Assembly (NCBI GenBank): GCA_003344405.1
Contig: NOWV01000028.1
Coordinates: 434,001-498,000 of the forward strand
From: Trichoplax sp. H2
Lineage: Eukaryota
DNA: 64,000 nt
Direction: 5' to 3'
Below are positions 25,429 to 39,503 of the stretch, in pieces. Numbering within the stretch: position 1 is the first letter of the stretch; every line of letters starts with the position of its first letter. Under the pieces are notes generated by a model. It was given only the letters and a program-made list of their open reading frames with translations. It was not told the origin of the DNA and made no database searches. The translations under genes were made by a program, and so were the position numbers.

Positions 25429-28400
25429 ATGGGACGAAAAAAGTAAGTTTCTTCCTTAGTTCTCGTCTGGATCGTCAGGGAAAAGGATCGCTTTATCGTT
25501 CTCATATTCGATCTGGCTGTAATGAATTGAATCATGCTACTCAACGTACCTTTAAAATTCATAGTGTAGCTGAAGAGTAATTGTAGTTTAGTATTGTGGA
25601 AACGGTCACTGTGTACTGTAGAAGAGGAGTTGTTAGTCCATTTTTTTTTTCCGCCATGTCGTCAACGGGCATGAGCACGACCTTGAATGGAATAAGCATC
25701 TTAGCCTGAGACAAAGTATACGTACATCCTATCGAGGATCAACTGTACAATGTTGTTGTCGTATTACTGCTGTTGATCCGATCCATCTTTTATTCACTTA
25801 TTAAAATATTCTGACCCAATCGTACTCTATCGATATTAACTTGTGCATATCACGTTGTACTGTACGATAGTTGCCCAATGTGCAGTCCTGTACTGTAGTG
25901 TACAGTGTACGGTACGGTTAACCTCAAGGGCATGCAATTCGTTATCGAATCATCGGTCTATGGCATAAATTTCTAGTCATTGACTCTACTTATTTTTCGA
26001 CCTGACTGGCTTTTCGCTTAAACTACTTGAACATTCTTAGTCGATTTTTAAAGAGATCAATTGACAGTACTATTACACTGTTTGACTTTTTTAATGCACA
26101 CGAGTAATCTTGCTTTTAGATTACCGTTTCTATCTCAACAGCTCACATCTCTATCTGTGTGTTTCATTAGGCGGCATGCCAAATTAAAACGAAATATCGA
26201 CGAAGAAGAAGAACACAGTGATGATCAACAATTGACTGATCCCGATGCGGTGAGTTGTCCATACTAAATCACACTTTGATACAATAAATTCTCTACTGTT
26301 TTACTACGGAATTACCCTTCTGACTATACTGTATTAATACTCAGTATAAGTGCACATTTGTGATAAGTTCCAAATGAATTGTTGCTCGCTGAACACCAGT
26401 ATGAATCGAACTTACTCACACTGCATAGTGCGTAGTAATGTTTTCTCCTAGGTATTGCGATTCGACACACCAATTTACTATGTACCATTACCTTTCTGAG
26501 ATAAATGCACGTGTGCTACTTAAAATTTAATAATGTAATGAATGAATCGAATTCTACCTATTGTATGACGAAATTAATTGGCAGTAGTACCCACTCTAAA
26601 AAAACGCTTTGGATCGATAAACTGATGCAATCTGTCGCTGCTAGTTGATGGCGTTGTTGTAGATTAAGCTTAACAATTAGCATGGCGTACTGAAATTCTC
26701 AAAGTGAATGATTGGAAGGCTAACTTATGCTCTTGATTTGTAGTCGCATAACGTTTTGACTACTTTTACTTATGATAACCTCCTGCACGACATGTACATT
26801 TATCGGTTCACTACTATGCACAATGATAGTTTTCTGGTTTATAAATCTATTATAAAGGTGAGACGTTTATTGAAATCCTTGGACAGGCCTGTAGTTAATG
26901 TTAGTAACTTGATAGGCCATACGTACGTATGCATGCACCGACTTTATATGATTTTAAAGCACTATACTTGCTGCTTATTTTCCGCACAGTAGAGAATTAC
27001 ACTTGGGAACCCTATCTGCGTCTTCTAGTAAAATTTCCTGTGAAGTTTATTAAATCTCTAGTTAAACTACACGGATTGGCTTGCCTTCGAAATGCATGAT
27101 ACTTTAAATCCGCCTACGTTCTATGAATCGATGAGGAGGACCTCAGGAACCATCCCAGCTCATTAGACACCACATTAATAGTAGCAGCAACCATAACGAG
27201 ACTAAATTACCTGCTGTATGCCAGTACTGTAGTACGGAAATCGATCAAAGAGTGATATACTCGTACAGTAAGCACGATATCTGTGGACGAACTATTGGTA
27301 GAATTTTGTGCAAATGTGAGCTCAATTTTCACAGGTGCATCCAATACAATTTTTAAGTGGACAAAACCCTTTTTGTATGCTTTACATTTTACATACAGTG
27401 TGTAAAGTTTAATGGATATCAATTGTAGCAGAACGATGAGTACTTGATTTCTGTAGTATAACTACCAGCGAATAAGAAAGTTAGGTCTAACATTGTCCAG
27501 AACATTGTACTGTAATTAATACGTTCTGCATCTATGCAATAAGTATACGGTCAAAAATATCCATTGTTCACACTGAAATTGTAAGATTCCTTGCTATTAC
27601 GTTACGGCGTTTACCATGTTACCGTTCTCTTCGCATAACGCTCGGGTTACGAAAGTACCATACAGTAGTTGCTATATGACGTATTGTTATTTATTGATAT
27701 ACGTATATACAGTATATATATATAGATACCTTATATCTAAATATTATTATTAATGGATACTGCGTTATTCTTACTTATTATTTTCTTATAAAGCGTAAGT
27801 TACTTTATTATAGTGTTGGTCACGTAGTTCTAAAATTGTTTTAGTCAGCAAATTTGTGATAGTTGATGATTTATAAGGACGAAAGATTCTTAAGAATTGA
27901 CTGAATGATGATGATATATTATTGATGCAAAAGATGTTGGAGCCGTGATAAATGTTAGCTATCAGTGATTCTAAGTATTGATGACACTTATGATGATATC
28001 ATTTCTGGAATCAGTTTCGTGGTATAGAGACGTGGTAAATAAATACACTTGCTAAAGCAACATTTATACAACTTTTAGTTAATGAGTCATCTCAAATGGG
28101 GGTAGACTGGTAGCTAACTGCTGTGATGAGTCAACATATTACCCAGTACCGCCTATGCTGAACTACTGGTTACTTGTTATTACATGATTTGATGTCAGTC
28201 AGTTCCGCAAGGTGTATTCCCTCATATTTACTTAAAAGTCTAACTTGTAGTTATACAGTTTGTGATAATGTGCGACTGCAGCATATGTATGTTTAGTGGA
28301 GGACAATTTTAATATCAACTTTTTAAATGGGAACCAAGGCATCTCTCACGATGTAGCCTTGAGATCACAATTTCTGTTACAAGATAAGTAATTCTGAGAT

Positions 28401-31400
28401 TGACAGATTATATACGGTATATATATATAATTATATACTATTAAGCTAATTGAATGATATTAGCGATTGTAAAAAAAATCTAAGACAGTATGATTTTAAT
28501 GACACTCGTAAAGTACTATTGCGCCTGTCTCGGAAGATTTGTGATTATTTTCCGAGTTCGTAGTTTGGATACTATATGCATCACGGTAAGCATTCGTGCT
28601 GCGGTATACAAAGTAATAAATCTGTACAGTATTATGTGCACATTAAGATAGTGATTGTATCATCTATGTATAAGCTATAACACCAGGAGGATCGAAGATT
28701 TGATTGATGCTATTCATATGTCCTAATTTATTTAAAGTCTGCTTTTCAAAATATTAAATATTTTGTTATTATTTGATGTAGGAGGACGACAATTATTATT
28801 ATAATGAGGCCGAACAATACTATAATAAAGAAAAGGTAAAGATACCGAGTATATATGAACACATGACTTCAGAAACTTCTCAGAAACCTACTTATTAAAG
28901 TCATATACAGATACAGCATCATGGACGACTAGATAGTAAATCTAGCAATTCATTGTGATACCTAGTTAGCACTGTACATTATTGAGTTTGTCCGGATAGA
29001 CTTTATTATAAGAGCTAAAACTATAACATGCTGTATCTCTACAAGTCCTATGTAGGTATTATACGACGTACTAGACATTAAATTAATGGATTCTTTTAGT
29101 TTAATAGTAACTACGTATCAAAAATTTTAGTAGATTATCCTTAGGTTTACAGTTTAATTGCAGAGTGTATGATATGAACGAAAATATTGCTACATAAAGT
29201 TTTGCCAACGATTCTATTAATTAATTATCTAAGTACAGATTGTGTATCTACTTAAATTTATTTTATATGCATTTTATGTAAAATTATTTCATAATCTATT
29301 CCTACCAGATCCCTTTAAACGCCGATGATAGCAATGATGAAAACTTTTCTGATCAAGACGAGGTATAGTATTCCTTTCTTCTCTTTGCTTAGATTATGTT
29401 TTAGATTAAAGTGGTCACATGAATTTCACTACCTAATATTCAATATCCTACGAATCCTCCAGTCTCACTTTTAATACTTTTCGACAAAACTCATTAATTA
29501 ATTATTAGGGAATACAGTACCTTAATTAAAGGGTCCCGATAGGGAGTAATATAAACAGTCGGTGAACTGATTTATAAAGCATACTCGTAGAAGAACATTT
29601 TTAATTCAGGTTTAAAGTAGTTAGTGATACTGGTTCATATTACACAGTGTTTGGCGGTTTATTGACCTACTTTTAAGGTCATTGCTGTTGTGCTATGCAG
29701 AATTTCAGGAAGACAACTTTTATGTTTATTTGGACATCAAGTTACTCAACTGTGATTGAAAGGGGGTCCCGTTTTGATAAATTAATTAAATAATCTGTCT
29801 TAAATTTCTGCCTGCAGGTGTCGTGCAGATGCCCTAAATTACAATAATTAATGCAATCCAAATTTATTATAGTGTGGTATTAAATGAATTAGCCATGCTA
29901 GCCTGTTATTTTCATACCCAATCAATTTCAATAAATACAGCAAAATGCTTGCTGGTGGAATAATGAATATACAACGAGTACTAGTAGTTTACTAAGTGCA
30001 TTCAATGAGCATCGGTATTGTGTTATTTTAAAGAACCACACTGAAAATCTTTACTTTATTACATAATAATTGTATTACTGATCGGTTTAACGGCATTAAT
30101 ATTGATTTTATTTGCAGGATTTGGACATGGATGGGTTAGAGTCAGATGAAGTAAGAACAGTAAATTAATGTTATTCAACTTACAAACCTCCTAAGATGTT
30201 ATTTAGGTATCAATGATGATGCCTGTTATTAAGTAGTATGCATTTTTCGCTGAATAGGATTCTGATGAAAGTGTTTCTGTCGATGGTAAAAGCAAAGGTA
30301 AAGCTTGACCGTTATTTTAAGCCTAATTTCAATATTTTTCTCCTACAGATTGGATAGGGTTTTAGATATAATACTTAATATCTATAGCACTATTAGAAAT
30401 TATACTATTACTAATGTGACGACTTTTTACATAGATGAAGATGCAGATGCAGAAGAGACAGCAAATAATAAGGCCTGGGGCAATAAAAAGAAACCGTTTT
30501 ATCATTTTGATGACGAAGATAATCTTGGTAGGAAGTTGATATAGCAGACGTTTCCTTTAATGAATATCCATGTAGTTTGTATCATAATTTGCTCGCTTTA
30601 ACATCAAACCTTCTCAAAGTTGTCACAATTCGCAACATTATGGGAGCAAAATCATTAAATTTATTTGGATACATACTGACTATAACTAGATGAATCGAAT
30701 GAAGAAGAATTAGCGGAAGATGAAGAAAGAGAAGCTATGCTATTTCAAGAGCAGCAGAATCAAGGCCTGGCGGAGGAGGATTTTGAACTATCGGATCTTT
30801 TGAGCATCGCAAGAGAAAAGGTTGCCCAAGCGGCTGAAGAAGAAAAGCGTCAAATAGATTTCCTGGTAGATTATAGCACAAATTGTATTTAAATATTATT
30901 TTAATTGCCGACTTACTGATGCGTGGCCATCTTGTATCACTAGGAGAGAATTCCCAGAGATATCTCAAAGCTATCCCCTAAAGAGCAACTTGAAGTATGA
31001 TATACATTCATTTTACATTCATCCTAATTTAATATCGTAGAATGGTTGTCTTCTCAACGCTAACCGTCCGCTTAACGCACATTTCAGATTTTAGTTAAGG
31101 ATGCTCCGGAAATAATGACCTTAATTGAAGACTATAAAGAAAAGGTACAGCGTTTGAGTCTATACTCGTATACAAGTCAGCACATACATATGCCATATTA
31201 ATTTTCATATTATTCGCAGATGGAAGAGATTGGTCGCACTTTACATCCTTTAATTCAGTTTGCAAAGTGTAAAGGGCTATTATCGAGTCAGGTAAATTGC
31301 GTAAATTGCCTTGAAGTGACCTCATTTAAGCTATTTTCTTAAGTTAACAATCTTGATTGCGTAGGGTATCAGTTATCTTGAAACGAAATATCAGCTATTA

Positions 31401-32990
31401 CTTAAGTAAGTTAATTACCTCAGTCATTAACGCTTTAAGATATTCTGCTATTGAATGTTTTACCTGATGTTGAAGCTATCTATAACGATGTTCCTATACT
31501 TACAATTTTAACTTATTTTGCAGCTACTGCGTCAATGTCAGTTTGTATTTAGCTATGGCAGCTCATGAATCGAACTCAGAATTTGATGTCTCTCTTCATG
31601 AGCATCCAATTATATCAACTTTGTTAGAATATAGACATGTATGTAATGATATTTGGCTGCTTTAAATTAATTTTGCTTTATAAAACATTTGATCAGTTAT
31701 AGTAATGTGGATACCAATAAAATTTTTAACTGTAAGTATGCATTCTTCATATCCGACAGTTAATTGCTGAGATGCATCCTTTGGATCGAGCTGTTGCTTC
31801 GGAAATGGAATGTTTGCTGGAAGAGTATGAGAAACTTAACGTTAATGATATCGCAGGTAAGAAAAGAATTCACGCAACTGATATCTACGTTTAATACACC
31901 CAGTTTATAGTATTTTTAGTTTTTTTATTGAATAATTTAATAGCAAAGTACCGTTAAAATAAGTGAACTTAAGTATAAATATCTTTTCTATAGATAAAGG
32001 CGTTTTGGAAAAGAAAAGAAAATTAGAAAAACGACAGCAGGTACTTAAATCATGCTGCAAACATAAGTTGTCTACAAAGACATGAAAATGGAACGATATT
32101 AATCCGAATATGCGTAAAATAAACGATGTAAATTATAAGTTAATATTTGTTGTTTTCTTTCTTAAATGATATCAAAGAAATCGAAAAAATTGATGGCTGA
32201 GAAGAATATAGTTAGAGAACCACCGGTAAATTACGCTACTTCAGAAGTACCAAGTAGATCGCGAAAAAATGTATCCGAGGAAAGTGTTAACCAATATATT
32301 GAAAGTGTCTTATCTAAGAACAAACTAAGGAAGACTAGGAAAGATTCTATGGGATTGTAAGCAATAGGAATTTTATTAATTTATTACTTATGGTATGTTA
32401 GTAGAGAGATATAATTGTTGTACAAATTTATTATCCAGGAGCGCTGATTCCGATGATGCGACAAATGTCTTAGCCAATGGTTTCTCCGATGATACTATTG
32501 ATGGCAAACGGGCGATTAACTATCAAGTAAGATTTTTATTTATAGTTTTTAAAATTTGCTATAGAGAGTATCGTAAAATGTATAGGAATCGGCTGTTTCT
32601 TACGTATGGTATAACTTATTTATGGATATTCGTAGATTTCAAAAAATAAGGGACTAACTCCAAGACGCAAAAAGGAAAACAGAAATGCGCGTGTAAAGTA
32701 TCGTAATAAATTCATTAAGGCGCAAAAGAAAAGAGTTAGCCAGGTATATCATGCGTTACACTCTAATCTAATTGCACTCGGAATAGGGTTGTATTTACTG
32801 GTATACCAATATAACGATTAAAATGAATATTCAATGCTACCATTATGCTGGTTATTATAAAGACTAATGGTATTATTGCGTTATATAATATCAACAGGGT
32901 GTTCGCACCGTTCGTTCAGCAAATGATAATTATATTGGTGAATACACTGGTATTCGAAGCGACATTATACGAAGTGTGAAGATGAACTAA
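25429..32990 (+). CDS. UTP3: Something about silencing protein 10 / U3 snoRNP (SSU processome) protein Utp3
   Basis: About 19 GT-AG exons from ATG GGA CGA AAA AA|gtaagt (25429-25442) and 26171-26249 onward. Acidic N-terminus with AWGNKKKPFY; Sas10/Utp3/C1D region (DAPEIMTLIEDY, YLETKYQLLLNYCVNVSLYL, HPIISTL); Sas10 C-terminal domain GKRAINYQISKNKGLTPRRKKENRNARVKYRNKF...YIGEYTGIRSDIIRSVKMN*. Confidence 0.93.
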
Positions 32991-34718
32991 TGCTTAGTTG
33001 ATAGCTGGACAGAAAATCGATACGATTTTTATCTTTACTGTCTTATTTAAGGCTTAGATGTAATTAACTCGGTGCATGATATTGTACGATGCAAGTTTTT
33101 ATTTTTTCACGTATAACTTATTTCAGTTTACTGAAAATCAAGAGTTAGCATGAGTTGTGCTGTCGCGTAGAAAGAAAAACTACCTGATTTCACTCTGTAC
33201 AATATCGTTTGACTGCACTTTGCTGGCGCTGTACGATTTTGCTATTTTGTAAGATCATATTTTATTACCTACTTTTCGTGCAATTAATAGTTAATGTTTA
33301 TAAGACAGCAGATTTCTATACCACGAAACGCAGATTTTTATGTTCTTATAAATAACTGCTAAGGCGAATTAGGATATAAGTAGAGATGTTGATCAAGGGA
33401 AATGTAAACGTTATGACGTTATGCAACGGTATTTGTACTTTGGAGAATATTTATTGCCCAACTGTAAAGTTCTTTACTAAAACTGTAAATATGGTATGGT
33501 ACAGAATACCTGAGTGAAGATTGACCTCGATAATAAAGTGTATCGATTCTCAACATACTATATTAGCTAAAACGTACAAATTGATTTTGTAAGTGTGTAT
33601 ACCTTCACTCCTATGCTTGCGTATGTGCCGTGCCTATCACGACTTCAATTATCTAGTTGCTACATTGAATGTATGTTTTACTCAGTGACCCAGTACATTA
33701 CTGGATGATTATTTCTTTGACTCTTACCCAAAGAGTGATGCAATTTACAGTATAATGAATTTATCGTTTCTCAGCGGTGGATTATAAATCTTTGGTATGA
33801 CGTGCTGCGTGTAATGTACAGCTTAGAAAGAGAAGTGTCAGCACGATCTGAGTCACAAGGATTTTAAAACTTTCTAGTTCAGTTTAATTTTGCTTTATTG
33901 CTATAGCCGCAATATTATATCCTTTTAAGTTGTCTTATTTCATTAGGCAACTTTCTAAATAAAAGAGACAATACAGTGTAATTTTCTTGCTTAATTGCTT
34001 ATTCCTAAAGAACGATCAGTTCACCATTCATTGTTATTATTCGATACATTTTCAAGGTACTCACAGTATAATAAACTATAAAATATGATCGTGCAAACCT
34101 CATTTAAGTTAAGTTGCCTTTAAAATTTTTAATTTTAAAACACTGAATTTTCTTTGCTAAAACATTGTTTTACTATATGACTAATATGCGTAGAGGTAAA
34201 CCCTACTTGTGTAGTTACTACCAGAACAAATTCAATTTCGATATCTGTCTGAATACCATGTAAGATATTGAATATATTTTCTTTACTTTCACCATGTTTA
34301 GGATGATACACGATTTATTATTGTTGTCCCTTGAAAATCTTTAACATAATGAGTAATGAGATGTACAGTGAATAGTAAGTTACAATATTATAAATTATAT
34401 AATTATAGGTAAGCAATAAAATTTTCGAGATTGTTTGGCTTTATAATAAGCCTTGTTACAGTAACAATAGTCATCAAAATATACTGTACATTGACAGTAC
34501 AATGGTAGTTCCAATTGAGAATAATTTCTCAAAGCTAATCAATTAGTTTACAGTAGTAAATTGAAGCTATAACTACACCGCATGGACGATGATAGATTCA
34601 ACGTGAGATTTTGTGATACAACCAATCATAAAAGACCTTATGATTACGAATAGATCGGAAATTACATCAACCAAATCTATCCTCGATGTGTATACTATTT
34701 GAGATTATTCTTTATGTG

Positions 34719-36536
34719 CTATCTAGGACCAGTTTCAGCATCCGAACCCAGAATCCGAGCCCTAAACAAGCAGATTTCAAATTCAGCAATGCACGTAACA
34801 TAAAGACAAGTTAGATGTATCACTGCACAGTAATAAAGCTCTTTTATGCTCTAAATAAATAACAAATCAAGAAAGTTTTCATTACGTATTACCTAGCGGC
34901 AGCATATTCGGCCTCTCTTTCAGCCAAGGTCTTTTGTTGTGGCTGAACAGGATTAACTGTAGAATGTATCGGACGTTGGCCTCCTTGTTCAGCACCTCGT
35001 TTTAGAATGCGAATCTAAGAAAAATAAGTCGTAATTAGAATATTACAAGGTAGTGCTTATGCCAACGGTTCAGTATAACCATCTGTCCAACCATATTTTA
35101 TGGTGCAAGAAAGGACATAATACAGTGTATATTATTATATGTAACAGAGAAGAACACTACCTCACATAAAGTAACTCATACCAGTTAATGAAATCAGAAA
35201 ATCTGTAAGCTAATATTCAGCACCTAACCTGAGGTTGAAAGGCTGTCGATCTAGAATCTTCTTCAACAATAACAGTATCTGATGGCACATTTGGAATAGT
35301 TTTTGTTCTGATAAATTAATTAATTAAAGATGAAATCAAGACTGCGATAGCCATTATAGCGGTCATTATTCACTTTGCGATATCAACATCGAAGAATACG
35401 AGTAATATTGTCGTATCCTATTCTAGCATTACTTTCTACAGTATTGACTAATAAATATGAATATAACCATGTGATACAGGCTACCCGCTACTGCTGATTT
35501 ACGATGAATTAATGTATTGATATTCTACAACTACGAAGTGAACTGCAGCTTTTATGATATCCAACTTACTTTGTGTCCTTTTCTCGTTGCTTACGTTCAA
35601 TCTGGTCTAATTTCTTCTCAAAATTCTTGCCGAAATAAAAAAATTGAGGGATTACAGATTATTCAAATGAGAAACGCATTTGCAAACACGTATAGTAGTG
35701 CTACAGTAATCAAGGTAAGAACATGCCATTTCGATCATTTTTGATAACAGATTTAGTGCAGCATGAAATTAATCGATAATATTGTAATAGACGTCGCTAC
35801 AGAAAATGTGACGCGGACATTTTTGGTACTAATTACATTTATCACGGCCATTCTGCTGCACTGTACTGTAATCAGTCAATTTACAAGAGTATGATCATTC
35901 CTCTACTCGATGATATCCAATGCCTTTAGGACACAGGGTTATGTAGATGATACACAGTCATCATTATGGCGCAATTGAATGAAATGCTTGCCCATGTGCT
36001 GAAACTACCAGATCAGATATACTTGTATTTTAGAGGACATGTCGTGACACTATTTCGGATGAGTTTTGATCACGTATGGTATAATCGATTCAACGCGTAT
36101 TACCAGCTTTTATTACATTACTAGCGATTGAGTACGCGTATTTTCGTCTCCAAATTGAGACAAGGGTAGTTTAGTTATCAGTTAGTTTCATGATTATAAT
36201 TTCTTCTCGGTAGTTAGTACTGCATAATCTATTTATAGCCCATGTCTTATGTATGTGGCCACTACTTCAATTAACAAGAATTAATTTCGTCACTATTATC
36301 GATGGTGAGCAATAGCCTTTAGATGTATAATTAATATAAGTGTTTGAATAATCAAGTTCAATGGTGTGATTGGACGAAACTATCGTATTCATGCGATGCG
36401 AATGTCTTTCTATCAGTACTCAATACATCCAAGACTACAATATTATACGTCTTTTTAACAACCCTTGTTGCTTGATGATTTAACTTACTTGTGATTCTGC
36501 CGCTTCTTCCCAACTATCGAAAGGTTCATCAGCCAT
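34719..36536 (-). CDS. SZRD1: SUZ RNA-binding domain-containing protein 1, about 115 aa
   Basis: Exons 36536-36489, 35625-35570, 35307-35229, 35014-34893 and 34761-34719 are in phase. They read MADEPFDSWEEAAES...PQIRILKRG...KTLAEREAEYAAARARILGS, which includes the SUZ signature. Confidence 0.88.
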
Positions 36537-37689
36537 CTTGTGCGTCTCGATACGATCGGATGGAATAGAAGCGAAAAGACTAGCAATTCTAACTGCTGCC
36601 CTACACCTTGTCGGCGATTTTGTCACTCTACTCGACGATTGAAAGGAGCTATTAATGAATTAGAAAAGAGAATTTTGACGTTCAATAGAGGATTACTTTG
36701 TTAATGTTTGAGCTTAACATAAACTTCATACAATATTGTAGTCTAATTCTCTACCACTCAACCACTTGAAGTTGTCAAGGTTATTATCGCAAGAGTCGAT
36801 CGTTATCCTCTATCACCACGAGACCAGCTGGATGTCGTCGGTTATTAACTACAATCCAACTATACCGGTAAGTATAGAGTTGTACAACTCTGTTTCGGTC
36901 TTGATTGCGGTAGAATAATTAATACAGTATACAGTATGCTGTACAAGTAGAATTTCCCTTACAGAACAACAGTCTAGACGATTATTTTATGTCTTCTTGA
37001 CCACAACAACTCTTCACCATCGCCGCTGTTGGCGCTAGCTTTCACATGGTCAAGAACGAGCATTTCAGCTAAGAAGGCTGTCCAAGGTTTCGTTCGGTAC
37101 CATAGCCAGTAGTAATAGGCTTTGATAGTATCGCTGTCACGAGAGCGAGTGATGGTTATGATCCAGACTACAGACAGAGAGAGGGACACACCACGAATGT
37201 CACCAGTTACAGTAGAACGAGTACAGTATTTTGTACTGTAATTTACAGTATACTGTAGCTGTACACTGTACAGTACGCTTCACAGTACATTATACGCTAA
37301 TATACAGTACAGCAGAAGTATGCACTGTAATGATTTTACCCCCTACCCCCTTAGCTCCAGGACTGGAAGCCTCGCTTTCGCCACCATTTTTCTGGCACTA
37401 GCAAAAAGAATCAGGCACTATCTATTCCATTCTGTATTTCCAATCATGGCGACTATATACTGCATAATGAACTGCTAATGAAGATACTGTACTGTAGATG
37501 ATGTAAAGTTAAATTACAAGTACATGCAGACTACATACAATATGCAAAGTCGAACGAGCGCGTGCCTTGTATCATGATGCATAGTTCGCTCGGCTTGCAG
37601 CTTCGATAGCCAGTAATGCAATGGCAATAATGTAATGTTTAATTTGATCATAAAATACATGAATATCTACATACAACAATAGAATAAAG

Positions 37690-37950
37690 ACATAGAGCAT
37701 CTTCACTGCACAATCTTATAGCACGATTATTCAATAGGTAATTTACTATATTATCGTCATTCTTGCTATTTGAATTTACTACATATCCAGGACAGGCTAA
37801 AAAATCATCCATCAGAATTATCAAGATGTCAGCCTATTCCCTATAGTATGTACTTTTTTCACATCGTCCAACAACGACATTCAATGACGAGAGATAGAGC
37901 ATCTTAGCTATACAATCTTATAGCATGATCATTCCATAGGTAATTTACGG
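37690..37950. repeat. Degenerate direct duplication, period about 200 bp
   Basis: atagagcatctt...acaatcttatagca.gat.att.(a/c)ataggtaattt at about 37692 and 37894. Confidence 0.7.
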
Positions 37951-39503
37951 TATTAAAACGTTATCCATTAAACCAATATGATACAAAAATCTGAAGGATC
38001 AAAACAATATTAAATAAGGCTTCCACAATATTGTTAATATCTTTTATACTACCGTAGAAATTATTACACTCTGACGCCAATAAAAAAACCCTTCTACACT
38101 ATTACTTACACAAGTCCATGATTATCATGTACCGGTATCGCTAAATTGTAGCTTACTAATATCTGATCAAACTGAGAATGAGAATTGATATCATTGAATA
38201 TTACTTTAAATATTTATATCAAACAAAGAATTAACATATGTATTTAATATTTTGAATTCAAGAATATTCTATATACACATAGTAGCGCTCGATTATTTGA
38301 AATATATAATCAATTTCATACTTAGTGCAGTGCAGTCATGTATAATTCCAGTCAGCAAAATAATATGGCTAATCTTTTCTAGATCTAGGCTGCGACAGCC
38401 CAGTATTGAACCTTGCTCGATAAATTTCACCCTCTGGCACGCAATTAGGAACCGACGACGTTCGGTCAACTAGAAGTTTCAAATTGGATGTTAACAATGG
38501 TTGTTGATTGCCTGTATGCCCTACGCAATTTGTCCTCTTCGAGGTGCTACGCATTTAACCATAGCATATAGCCAGCAATGGATAAGAAAAAGCAGCGAAG
38601 CAGCCAGTAGCAAATTTGAAAGCAAATCATTAGAATCACAAGCATAAACATTGGTGGCTAGTGCGGTGCGGATAGTGTCCTGATAATCACGGATTGAATT
38701 GATCCATTCCTTAGGTTGACTTAAATTGGAGTCATAAAATACGGTATATCTACGCAACCTTTGCTTTAAATTTGGACTTTAAATACAGTAAGATTTAATT
38801 ATTGTAGATAGTTAAAAGTGTTCGATTCCACCGGGCGTGGACTAGTATAATATGACTGCAACAATATCTAGTATGATAGTATCATTTAAAACACTCTACT
38901 ATAAAATTTATTTTCATTAGCTATATATTTCGTTTGATGGAAGTTAAATCAACTACATAATTTACAGAAAATGAAATTCTTCATTTTGAAGCATGAACCT
39001 ATTTGACGACTAACTGGAAGGAAATGAGAGATACTGTAGGAAAACGAAGATATGCTACAGAACATCTTTTAAAATAGTATAATTAAAATAGCGCACAAAT
39101 CGTCATACTATTCTACACTATGTTGACTTTAAATATCTAATATATAAAAAAGACATACTGTACAGTATTTGCTAGTTGTTCTAAATGTCGAAGCCATCTA
39201 ATTCAATTTATCGCATCATATTCTTTACTACAAGTTATTTTTGAAGCTGGATTGCGCTAATTTCACAAGGTTAAAATTGGCATAAGTGTATATTCAAGTG
39301 GATGCACTGTAGTACATTTTTGGAAGTGCTATTCTATACTGCCATATGGAGGAATATAATCTTCTGAACAAATTGAAATAGTAGACTACTGATACTTAAA
39401 TTTCTACATATTATTGGTGCATCGTATAAATTATTAATAGCTTTAAAGCCAACATTTCAATCAGCAAAGGCAACAAATAAATAACTAAAAACTATTTGCC
39501 CAA

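Noticed and set aside
21234..25459. Short ORFs in the repeat and promoter region (e.g. 21234-21461, 23378-23647, 24004-24378, 25002-25337) as transposase or peptide genes
   Set aside because: No recognisable domains or DDE motifs. They are explained by repeats and raised GC.
30210..30256. Box C/D snoRNA (ATGATGA...cctgttatt...CTGA) in a UTP3 intron
   Set aside because: Only about 41 nt separate the boxes, and the D box abuts the splice acceptor.
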